A stretch of 32,000 bases of DNA, from the NCBI RefSeq assembly GCF_002310835.1, contig NZ_CP011042.1, forward strand, positions 570,001 to 602,000. Reading direction: 5' to 3'. Position 1 is the stretch's first letter. Each line of letters opens with the position of its first letter. Origin of the DNA: Pseudoalteromonas tetraodonis. Lineage in GTDB: Bacteria; Pseudomonadota; Gammaproteobacteria; Enterobacterales; Alteromonadaceae. The notes under the pieces were generated by a model. It saw nothing but the letters and a program-made list of their open reading frames with translations. It was not told where the DNA came from and ran no database searches. A program made the translations under genes and the position numbers. Below, in pieces: positions 1 through 8,020 of this stretch.

Positions 1-131
1 TAGAAAGCGCAGATAAAGCGCTTTATTATGCAAAAAATAATGGCCGAGATAAATTTTGTATCTATGAAGATTTACTTGCCGAGAACTTAATCAGTGTACA
101 AGTTAATTCCTCAGAAATAGATTTATTTTAA
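1..131 (+). CDS. 3' fragment of a GGDEF-domain (diguanylate cyclase family) gene; the 5' end lies outside the window
   Basis: The frame starting at nt 3 reads ESADKALYYAKNNGRDKFCIYEDLLAENLISVQVNSSEIDLF*, with stop TAA at 129-131. The AD-ALY-AK--GR(D/N) string is the typical C-terminal helix of GGDEF domains. Confidence 0.6.
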   Translation, partial: ESADKALYYAKNNGRDKFCIYEDLLAENLISVQVNSSEIDLF

Positions 132-132
132 A

Positions 133-1056
133 CTACTGCGGCTGAGGATGGCTTCGCTGCACTTTCACTTTGGTTACTTGGTCGAGCTTTATAAAATAAA
201 CATTGCCGCCAATGCCTTTGAATTCTTCATCGGTAAAGGCGATGGTATTGTCATCATAAAAGGTGATTGCCTCTTTTTGGGTTACAATACCTAAGTCAAT
301 TTTAAATACATCGCCAGAGAAAAACTTATCGCCTTTAAAGTTTTCAAACAGCCAAATACTGGTTGAATCTAATAGTGCGAGCTTTGTTCTATCTGGGCTA
401 AGTGCTGCGGATGTGATCCAGCAAAGCTTTTCCATGGTGGTGCACGTTTTAAATGAATCTATCAGCTGGGCATCAAAATTCGCTGCATGGTCACCTACTT
501 TGTAAACGTTAGTAATTCCATCGAATGGCTCTGTGCGATTTTTAGTAAACAAGTATAAATGTCGACCAAAAGCCACAAACGCTTCTAAGTCATAATTACG
601 TTGATCAGGTTGTATTGGGCTGCCATCTAATTCTGGGTAGGTAAACTTTATAATTTCAGCTTCTGTTGTATTGGTTTTTATATCTATGGGGTTTTCTATT
701 TTATAAATTGTTAGCCATTTACGTTCATTTTTATTATTACCAAAGTCGCCTAAAAAGAAATGACCAAACTTATTTTGCGTCATATCTTCCCAGTCTATAT
801 TTTTTGCATTCGTGACGAGTACTTCTTTTGCAATTGAACCATCGTCATTGAGCCTATAAAGCTTAGGCTCGTCGCCACTATCGTTAATAGCCCAAAGCCG
901 TTTATGTTTATCAAACTCAATGCCTGAAATTTCTTTTAGTTTTGGGTCTACAGAGACCACCTTTTTACTATATAGTGTATAAATTGAACTGCCTACAACA
1001 GCCGTAATGATGCTAAAGACGATAACAGAAGTAATAAGGATGCTTTTTTTCAACAT
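133..1056 (-). CDS. Membrane-anchored hypothetical protein, probably a beta-propeller (YjiK/SdiA-regulated-like or phytase-like); the family assignment is uncertain
   Basis: Intact 307-aa ORF. The N-terminus has a hydrophobic anchor (SILITSVIVFSIITAVVGSSIY). Strand-rich motifs recur (ISGIEFD..LWAINDSGD, NIDWEDM, LGDFGNNKNER). I recognise no catalytic motif. Confidence 0.7.
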   Translation of the reverse strand: MLKKSILITSVIVFSIITAVVGSSIYTLYSKKVVSVDPKLKEISGIEFDKHKRLWAINDSGDEPKLYRLNDDGSIAKEVLVTNAKNIDWEDMTQNKFGHFFLGDFGNNKNERKWLTIYKIENPIDIKTNTTEAEIIKFTYPELDGSPIQPDQRNYDLEAFVAFGRHLYLFTKNRTEPFDGITNVYKVGDHAANFDAQLIDSFKTCTTMEKLCWITSAALSPDRTKLALLDSTSIWLFENFKGDKFFSGDVFKIDLGIVTQKEAITFYDDNTIAFTDEEFKGIGGNVYFIKLDQVTKVKVQRSHPQPQ

Positions 1057-1440
1057 TGTATTTAAGTGTTCATCGGGTTGGCTGAGTAGATAGTTATTAT
1101 CGCTGATGATGTTGTTAAGCTAAAGGTTTTTATAGTTTTAATGTAGTAATAAAAATTAATAAGTATGTGTTTAAGGACAAAAGCAAATTAATTAGCTGTT
1201 ATGGTGTAGTTGGTTTAAAAGTTGCTCAGTTGCAGTGCTTACTTAAAAATCAGTTTTAATGGTTAAAATTGCACCAAACCAGTGCGGTAAAATAAATAAC
1301 GCACTGTAATAATGCGTAAATAAAGTTTTGATTAACTTTAAAGCTGTTTTTATGTGAATGAATGGATTCCACATCGCCTTTTTAAGCTGTTTGGCCTGTG
1401 GCAAAGATGAATAACCCTTATGGTTTAGTTGGAGCCTATT

Positions 1441-1743
1441 ATGTTGAATAAACGCTTTTTTAAAACAAAAAATGAAGCAGAAGTAACCTTTGAATTTTCT
1501 CACCCAGATGCAGATGATGTCTGTTTACTTGGAGAATTTAATGATTGGCAGCCGGTGCCAATGAAGCACAACAAAAAGCTTGGTGTATTTAAATGCAAGC
1601 AACGTCTTCCCGTTGATAAAGAGTTTCATTTTCGCTATTTAATAAATGGTAAACAGTGGGATAACGATCATCAGGCTGATGGGTATATTGCTAATAATTT
1701 TGGTACAGAAAATAGTATAGTAAATACACAACGCATTAATTAA
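1441..1743 (+). CDS. Stand-alone CBM48 / AMPK-beta-like glycogen-binding domain protein (about 100 aa, no signal peptide)
   Basis: The sequence VTFEFSHPDADDVCLLGEFNDWQPVPMKHN..FKCKQRLPVDKEFHFRYLINGKQWDNDHQAD matches the G-F-N-W..PM...F..L..G.H.Y+F.V+G.W..D pattern of CBM48/isoamylase N-terminal 'early set' domains. I prefer ATG 1441 over the track's TTG 1429, because GGAG at 1431-1434 sits 6 nt upstream of 1441. Confidence 0.8.
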   Translation: MLNKRFFKTKNEAEVTFEFSHPDADDVCLLGEFNDWQPVPMKHNKKLGVFKCKQRLPVDKEFHFRYLINGKQWDNDHQADGYIANNFGTENSIVNTQRIN

Positions 1744-1752
1744 GGTCGCTGA

Positions 1753-3741
1753 ATGGACGCACTATCGCAATTGTTTTATTTGCATGGTATTGGTTACGAA
1801 TACACTAAGTATACGGGTGAACACGTTATATTTAGCGAAGACACCCGTAAATCTGCTTTGCACTGCTGTGGCGTTGACACACGTGATACGGCGCAAATAA
1901 CCCAGTTAAATTATCAATTGGATGCGGCTACGTGGTTAACACTCGCACCTGCTGTTAGCATAATAGATCAGGCTAGTAATGTGCTAAAGGTGCGTGTTAA
2001 TGAAGCTGATACGCATCACAAAATTACATTAACTGTGGCAGCATTAAATATAAAGCTGCAATTTGAACACATTGCTCAGTATGCAGCATTAGGTGAGTAC
2101 TTTGTAAATGGGTGTCGTTATATAGAAATAGCGCTACCACTGACGCATTTACCAACCGGCTATTATGATGCGTTATTAACGATGGGTGAGCAATCAGCGA
2201 AAACACAAATTTGGTCGACCCCTAAACAAGCCTACCAAATAGCGGATAAAAAACGCTTTGGCTTATCAATTCAGTTATATACATTAAAAAATAAAGCCGG
2301 ACTCGGGATTGGCGATTTTAGTGATTTACTTGAGTTGGCAACCTTATGTGCAAAGCAAAATATGGACTATATTTTACTTAACCCATTGCACTTATTGTTT
2401 GCAGATAACCCTGAGTGCGCCAGCCCCTACAACCCAAACAATCGTGCCTTACTCAATCCGCTATATATCGCAATTAATTTATCGCCAGACAGCTTTAACA
2501 ATTCGGATTTAACTAAGTTGTTATCTGCTAATACCTCAAGTAAATACAGCGACCAAGGTGTAGCCTTTATTGATTATAAAACGGTTACTGAGTGTAAATA
2601 TGCTGCTTTTAAGCTGCTTTTTAAGCATTTTCAACAACAGGGCAGTCAAGCACGGCAAAACGAATTTAGTGCGTTTTGTAAACAGTACAGTGATGTACTT
2701 GCTATGTTAGAAACCACAGAGCCCACATTTGAATATTACCTCCAATGGCAAGCACACAGCCAACTTACGCAATGCCAACAGCATTGTATTGCCCAAGGGA
2801 TGGCGATTGGTTTAATTAATGATTTAGCGGTGGGCTGTGCTAATGAGGGCACTGAATTTAAATATCAGCAGGGATTATTTAGTCAAGATGCAACCCTTGG
2901 CGCACCACCAGATCCTTGGGCACCTAACGGCCAAAATTGGGGGCTGCCAGCAATAAACCCGCAGCGCCTTGCTGACAATAACTATCAGTTTTATCGTTCA
3001 CTCATACGCGCCAATATGGATGCAGTAGGCGGGTTACGAATCGACCATGTAATGGCGATTAGGCGTTTGTGGTGGTGTTTCATAAACAATAATACCCAAG
3101 ATGGCTGTTATGTGTACTACCCATTTGAGCATTTATTAGCAATTTTAAAAATTGAATCTCATCTTAATCAGGCCATAGTAATAGGCGAAGATTTAGGGGT
3201 TGTTCCACCGGAGGTAAAAGAGGCACTGGTTGATAGTGGCATTTTCTCAAACAGCTTATTTTATTTTGAAAAACAACAAAATGATGAGTTTGTAAACAGC
3301 GATGACCTTAGCGATCAATGCCTGCTGATGATAGCCAATCATGATGTACCGCCATTTGTGGGCTGGTGGCAGCATAGCGATTTAAAAATTAAACAGCAGT
3401 ATGGGCTGATTGATACTGATGAGTATCAGCAGTTAGTTCAGCAGCGAGAGCAAGAGCAACACCGGTTATTACGCTTTTTAAACCCACAAAACACTTCCTT
3501 GTCACTTAACACGGATGCTTTTGACGTTTATAGCACTTTGGCTGTATGTTTAGCTAAATCGCCGTCTCGTTTATTTGCATTACAGCTTGATGATTTAGAC
3601 AAGCAACACTACCCAGTCAATATTCCTGGCACCGATAAAGAGTATCCTAATTGGCGACGGGTACTCACACATACGTGCGACGATATTTTTAAAGATAATG
3701 CTGCTCTTTTGGCTGCAATACATTCAATAAGGAATGCGTAA
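1753..3741 (+). CDS. malQ: 4-alpha-glucanotransferase (amylomaltase, GH77)
   Basis: 662-aa ORF carrying GH77 hallmarks: LNPLH, SPYNP, GLRIDHVM, IGEDLGVVP, HD(V)PP. It starts 9 nt after the CBM48 ORF. Confidence 0.93.
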   Translation: MDALSQLFYLHGIGYEYTKYTGEHVIFSEDTRKSALHCCGVDTRDTAQITQLNYQLDAATWLTLAPAVSIIDQASNVLKVRVNEADTHHKITLTVAALNIKLQFEHIAQYAALGEYFVNGCRYIEIALPLTHLPTGYYDALLTMGEQSAKTQIWSTPKQAYQIADKKRFGLSIQLYTLKNKAGLGIGDFSDLLELATLCAKQNMDYILLNPLHLLFADNPECASPYNPNNRALLNPLYIAINLSPDSFNNSDLTKLLSANTSSKYSDQGVAFIDYKTVTECKYAAFKLLFKHFQQQGSQARQNEFSAFCKQYSDVLAMLETTEPTFEYYLQWQAHSQLTQCQQHCIAQGMAIGLINDLAVGCANEGTEFKYQQGLFSQDATLGAPPDPWAPNGQNWGLPAINPQRLADNNYQFYRSLIRANMDAVGGLRIDHVMAIRRLWWCFINNNTQDGCYVYYPFEHLLAILKIESHLNQAIVIGEDLGVVPPEVKEALVDSGIFSNSLFYFEKQQNDEFVNSDDLSDQCLLMIANHDVPPFVGWWQHSDLKIKQQYGLIDTDEYQQLVQQREQEQHRLLRFLNPQNTSLSLNTDAFDVYSTLAVCLAKSPSRLFALQLDDLDKQHYPVNIPGTDKEYPNWRRVLTHTCDDIFKDNAALLAAIHSIRNA

Positions 3742-5964
3742 ATGGGCAGTACTAAAAATAGGGTATCAACGCAATTAGTTGATTATGACGCACAGGTAAA
3801 CGCATTAACTGCAGGGCGATTTAAAGACCCGTTTAGTTTTTTAGGCGCGCACAACACCCAAAGTGGCACTGAAATACGCGTGTATTTGCCAGCGGCATTA
3901 CGCGTCGAACTGTTAATTGATGGTCAAGTTATTAGCGCGTTACGCTATAAACACAGTGATTTATTTATCGCTGAGTTATCAAGCATGCCTAGCAGTGTTT
4001 ACCAATGCCAGGTTAGTTATGAAAATAGCGATGTTAGATTTTATGATGAATACAGCTTCAGCAGTACATTGGATGAACAGGCTATGTACTTGTTTAACGA
4101 AGGTAGCCTTGAGCATGCTTATACTCACCTAGGTGCGCAATTTACTACACAACAAGGGGTAGATGGTGTTCGTTTTTGTGTGTGGGCGCCTAATGCCGCC
4201 AGTGTATCGGTTATTGGTGAGTTTAATTTTTGGCAAGCGAATCGCCATTTTATGCGATTTCATCCGGCAAGTGGGGTATGGGAATTATTTATCCCGGGTT
4301 TAAGTGCAGACATGTGCTACAAATTTGCTATTACTACGCTCAGTGGCGAAGTTTTAGATAAAGCCGATCCTTTTGCATTTAAAATGCAGCAAGCACCGGG
4401 CACTGCCAGTATATTACAGTACAAACCAGCGCCTATTTTGCTAAGTGAACAAGCGATTATAAATCGCCAAAAGCGTAATCATATTGATGCCGCTATTAGT
4501 ATTTATGAAGTGCACTTAGGCTCTTGGCAACGCGCTGAGCATAACCGTTACTTAAGCTACACCGAGCTTGCAGATAAGCTTGTAGGCTACGTGATTGAAA
4601 TGGGGTTCACGCATTTACAACTTATGCCGATCAGTGAATACCCGTTTGATGGCTCTTGGGGTTATCAGCCAGTAGGGCTGTTTGCACCTACGAGCCGCTT
4701 TGGTGATTACAACAGCTTTAAATACTTAGTTGAGCAATGTCATAAAGCTAACATAGGCATATTACTTGATTGGGTTCCTGGGCACTTTCCAAGCGACCCA
4801 CATGGCTTACATTGCTTTGATGGCACCCATTTATACGAACACGCTGATATGCGCCAAGGGTTTCATCCTGATTGGAACACCTATATTTATAATTATGACC
4901 GCCCTGAAGTAAAAAGCTTTTTAATTTCTAATGCGATGTATTGGCTTAGCCAATTTGGCATAGACGGACTGCGTGTAGATGCGGTGGCGTCAATGCTTTA
5001 CCTTGATTACAGTCGTAAAGAAGGACAGTGGGTAGCTAATTGTTATGGCGGTCGAGAAAACTTAGGGGCAATAGAGTGCCTAAAACAAGTGAACTTACGC
5101 AGTTATAAAAATAACCCCGGCATTATGATGGTTGCCGAGGAGTCAACGGCTTGGCCTGGGGTCACGCAAAGTGTTGAACACAATGGCTTAGGTTTTGGTT
5201 ATAAATGGAATATGGGCTGGATGAATGACAGCTTAGATTATATGCAGCAAGATCCGTTATTTAGAAAATATCACCATCATAAAATGACATTTTCTATGGT
5301 GTATGCATTTAGTGAAAATTATATTTTACCGCTCAGTCATGATGAAGTGGTGCATGGCAAGGGATCACTACTAAACAAAATGCCCGGTGACGATTGGCAG
5401 CAGTTTGCAAACTTACGTGCTTATTATGCGTTTATGTGGGCACATCCAGGCAAAAAATTACTGTTTATGGGCGCCGAAATAGCACAGCGCAAAGAGTGGG
5501 ATCATGACCATTCACTAGACTGGCACTTGCTTGAGCATCAAAGCCATCAAGGGATTCAGCATACGGTTAAACGTCTTAATCAAGTGTATCAAGCGCATCC
5601 ATCTTTATATGAGCTTGATAGCTGTGCAACGGGCTTTTCATGGATAGATAATAATAACAGCCAGCAGAGTATGTTTAGCTTTATTCGTTATGCTAAAAAT
5701 GCTGACCACTTTATGGTTATTGTCGCTAACTTTACACCAACGGCTTATCAACACTATACCTTAGGTGTGCCAGCGAAGGGCACATATAAAGTGGTATTAA
5801 ATACCGATGAAGTTTGCTTTTTTGGCTCAGGTTATCGTGTCACAGAGGATAAAAACCAGCTTATCCATTCAGTCGTTCAGCCAAGTCATGGGTTTGATCA
5901 CAGTATTACAGTTAATATTGGTGGCTTAACCACACTTTACTTAGAAAAGGTGAATGATGAGTAA
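3742..5964 (+). CDS. glgB: 1,4-alpha-glucan branching enzyme (GH13_9)
   Basis: 740-aa ORF with GVRFCVWAPNA, YEVHLGSW, WGYQP, DWVPGHF, GLRVDAVASMLY, AEESTAWPG and LSHDEVVHGK motifs. The ATG directly abuts the malQ stop (TAAATG). Confidence 0.97.
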   Translation: MGSTKNRVSTQLVDYDAQVNALTAGRFKDPFSFLGAHNTQSGTEIRVYLPAALRVELLIDGQVISALRYKHSDLFIAELSSMPSSVYQCQVSYENSDVRFYDEYSFSSTLDEQAMYLFNEGSLEHAYTHLGAQFTTQQGVDGVRFCVWAPNAASVSVIGEFNFWQANRHFMRFHPASGVWELFIPGLSADMCYKFAITTLSGEVLDKADPFAFKMQQAPGTASILQYKPAPILLSEQAIINRQKRNHIDAAISIYEVHLGSWQRAEHNRYLSYTELADKLVGYVIEMGFTHLQLMPISEYPFDGSWGYQPVGLFAPTSRFGDYNSFKYLVEQCHKANIGILLDWVPGHFPSDPHGLHCFDGTHLYEHADMRQGFHPDWNTYIYNYDRPEVKSFLISNAMYWLSQFGIDGLRVDAVASMLYLDYSRKEGQWVANCYGGRENLGAIECLKQVNLRSYKNNPGIMMVAEESTAWPGVTQSVEHNGLGFGYKWNMGWMNDSLDYMQQDPLFRKYHHHKMTFSMVYAFSENYILPLSHDEVVHGKGSLLNKMPGDDWQQFANLRAYYAFMWAHPGKKLLFMGAEIAQRKEWDHDHSLDWHLLEHQSHQGIQHTVKRLNQVYQAHPSLYELDSCATGFSWIDNNNSQQSMFSFIRYAKNADHFMVIVANFTPTAYQHYTLGVPAKGTYKVVLNTDEVCFFGSGYRVTEDKNQLIHSVVQPSHGFDHSITVNIGGLTTLYLEKVNDE

Positions 5965-8020
5965 TTGCTTTGAGGTTACTCAGGGTGCGCCTTTGCCACT
6001 GGGTTCGAGTGTACAAAACCAAGGCGTTAACTTTGCCTTGTATGCCCCTAATGCAAGCCAAGCTTTTGTGTGCTTATTTGATAAAAGTGGTCATACAGAA
6101 ATATTAAAAATAGCCATGAATATTAATGAAGGCGGCGTATGGAGCATTCACATAGCCCCATTAAGCACAGGCGCATTGTATGGCTTTAGGGTTGATGGCG
6201 AATACAGCCCAGAAAAAGGCATGTTGTTTAATGAGCATAAATTACTGATTGATCCGTATGCAAAAGACTTGTTTAACGAATTTACTTGGAGCGAACGTCA
6301 TTACGGGCAAATGCCCATTGGCACTAAAAGCGTGGTTAATAATGCGATAGATATGCCTAAATCAAAAGTGACTGCGCCGGTTGCTTATTCAAATAATAAG
6401 CCACAGCATAGTTGGGCCAATACCGTTATTTATGAGTGCCATGTTAAAGGTGCTACCTGTCGCCATCCTGATATCCCTAAAGCGCTACAAGGGACATTTT
6501 TAGGTTTGAGTCATCCCAGTTTTATTGAGCATTTAAAAAGTTTAGGGGTAACGGCTATTGAGCTTTTGCCTGTGCATGCTTTTATAAGCGAACAGTTTTT
6601 AACCGCTAAAGGACTGCAAAATTACTGGGGCTATAATAGTCTTAATTTTTTTACTCCTCATAAAGACTATTTGGTTAATGACGATATAAACGAATTTAAA
6701 CAAATGGTGAGTGAGTTACATCGCGCCAATATTGAAGTTATTTTGGATGTGGTATACAACCACACCGCAGAGGGAGGAAATGATGGCCCTATTTTATCTC
6801 TGCGAGGGCTCGACAACCTGACATATTATCGCACCATTGAGGGGCAACCCAATGTTTATATTAATGATACAGGGTGTGGCAATACGTTAAATATCGATCA
6901 CCCTAAAACCTTACAATTGGTACTCGACAGCTTACGTTACTGGGTTGAAGTTATGGGCGTTGATGGCTTTCGATTTGATTTAGCCACCATTTTAGCGCGT
7001 TCAAATACGGGCTTTAGTGCGTCTCACACCTTTTTACAAGCAATTGCCCAAGATCCTGTGTTAAATAAAGTTAAACTGATCAGTGAGCCGTGGGATATAG
7101 GCCCTGGTGGTTATCAGCTTGGTGCATTTCCTTCACCTTGGCGAGAGTGGAACGATCAATATCGTGATGTGATTAAACGCTTTTGGCAAAGTGAAAAAGG
7201 CATTATTAGTGATGTCGCAAAGCGTTTACATGGCTCGTTTGATATTTTTGAACACAGTAACCGAGGCCCGCTAAATAGCATTAACTTTATTACCAGCCAT
7301 GATGGGTTTACGTTAGCCGACTTAGTCAGTTATGAGCAAAAACATAACCAGGCCAATGGTGAAAACAACCAAGATGGCCATAGCGCTAATTATTCGTTTA
7401 ACTGCGGGATTGAGGGATTTACCAGCGACCCAGAAGTAATGAGTTTGCGCTTACAACAACAAAAAAACTTTCTACTCACCTTATTACTCTCCAAAGGCGT
7501 GCCAATGATAGCCGCTGGCAGTGAGATGGCGCACTCGCAAGGCGGTAATAATAACGCTTACTGTCAAAATAATCGCACCAGCTGGCTTGCCTGGAAAGAC
7601 TCACAACTGAATCATTCATTGATTCAGTTTATTGATGATGCGCTAAAAATCAGGCGTGGTCACAGTGCATTTAAACACAGTGTGTTTTTGGATGATATTG
7701 ATGAGCGCTTCACCGTTAAGTGGTTTACCGAGCAAGGTAAAAAAATGGATGAAACACATTGGCATGAAGATACACGGCAATTTTTAATGTATAGCTTACT
7801 TGATAAGCAAAATAAGCATGCGTTATTAATTATTCTTAATGCTAGTAAACAGCCTGTGGTCTGCCAATTACCACAATCGCCCATTATCGCGCCATGGACG
7901 TTAGTATTATCAAGTGTAAATAACGCATCATCTGTTATTCAAGAAGATGCAACCGTAAATATTTCAGCACAAAGTAGTTGGGTTTTTAGTGCCAATTTAG
8001 AAGGCGATGATTATGACTAA
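5954..8020 (+). CDS. glgX: Glycogen debranching enzyme (isoamylase-type, GH13_11)
   Basis: 688-aa ORF with PLGSSVQNQGVNFALYAP, YECHVKG, YWGYN, LDVVYNHT, GFRFDLA, EPWD and SHDGFTL motifs. It overlaps the glgB stop by 11 nt. The second ATG at 5957 has better spacing to AAAGG at 5946-5950. Confidence 0.95.
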   Translation: MMSNCFEVTQGAPLPLGSSVQNQGVNFALYAPNASQAFVCLFDKSGHTEILKIAMNINEGGVWSIHIAPLSTGALYGFRVDGEYSPEKGMLFNEHKLLIDPYAKDLFNEFTWSERHYGQMPIGTKSVVNNAIDMPKSKVTAPVAYSNNKPQHSWANTVIYECHVKGATCRHPDIPKALQGTFLGLSHPSFIEHLKSLGVTAIELLPVHAFISEQFLTAKGLQNYWGYNSLNFFTPHKDYLVNDDINEFKQMVSELHRANIEVILDVVYNHTAEGGNDGPILSLRGLDNLTYYRTIEGQPNVYINDTGCGNTLNIDHPKTLQLVLDSLRYWVEVMGVDGFRFDLATILARSNTGFSASHTFLQAIAQDPVLNKVKLISEPWDIGPGGYQLGAFPSPWREWNDQYRDVIKRFWQSEKGIISDVAKRLHGSFDIFEHSNRGPLNSINFITSHDGFTLADLVSYEQKHNQANGENNQDGHSANYSFNCGIEGFTSDPEVMSLRLQQQKNFLLTLLLSKGVPMIAAGSEMAHSQGGNNNAYCQNNRTSWLAWKDSQLNHSLIQFIDDALKIRRGHSAFKHSVFLDDIDERFTVKWFTEQGKKMDETHWHEDTRQFLMYSLLDKQNKHALLIILNASKQPVVCQLPQSPIIAPWTLVLSSVNNASSVIQEDATVNISAQSSWVFSANLEGDDYD

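Noticed and set aside
263-505. 80-aa + strand ORF
   Set aside because: It lies entirely antisense within the well-supported 133-1056 gene, with no SD and a low-complexity Ser/Leu-rich product.
1338-1365. TGTGA...CCACA near 1345-1365 as a possible CRP site, and GGA motifs as CsrA sites
   Set aside because: The half-site spacing is 11 nt rather than 6 and the second half is CCACA rather than TCACA. The GGA contexts match the CsrA consensus poorly.
1243-1503. 86-aa minus-strand ORF in the region upstream of the glycogen cluster
   Set aside because: It overlaps the SD and start of the CBM48 gene on the opposite strand. Its product is Phe/Lys/Ile-rich, typical of AT-rich non-coding sequence, and it has no SD.
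2024-4132. Short ORFs 2024-2206(-), 2309-2512(+), 3917-4132(+)
   Set aside because: They are nested in alternative frames or antisense within malQ/glgB, whose own frames carry strong family motifs.
6250-6255. Other TGATCC hexamers (414, 6250, 17816, 18560, 23455) as additional ECF -35 elements
   Set aside because: None has CGTA 16 (or 15-17) nt downstream. All lie inside coding regions, some in the wrong orientation for any downstream gene.
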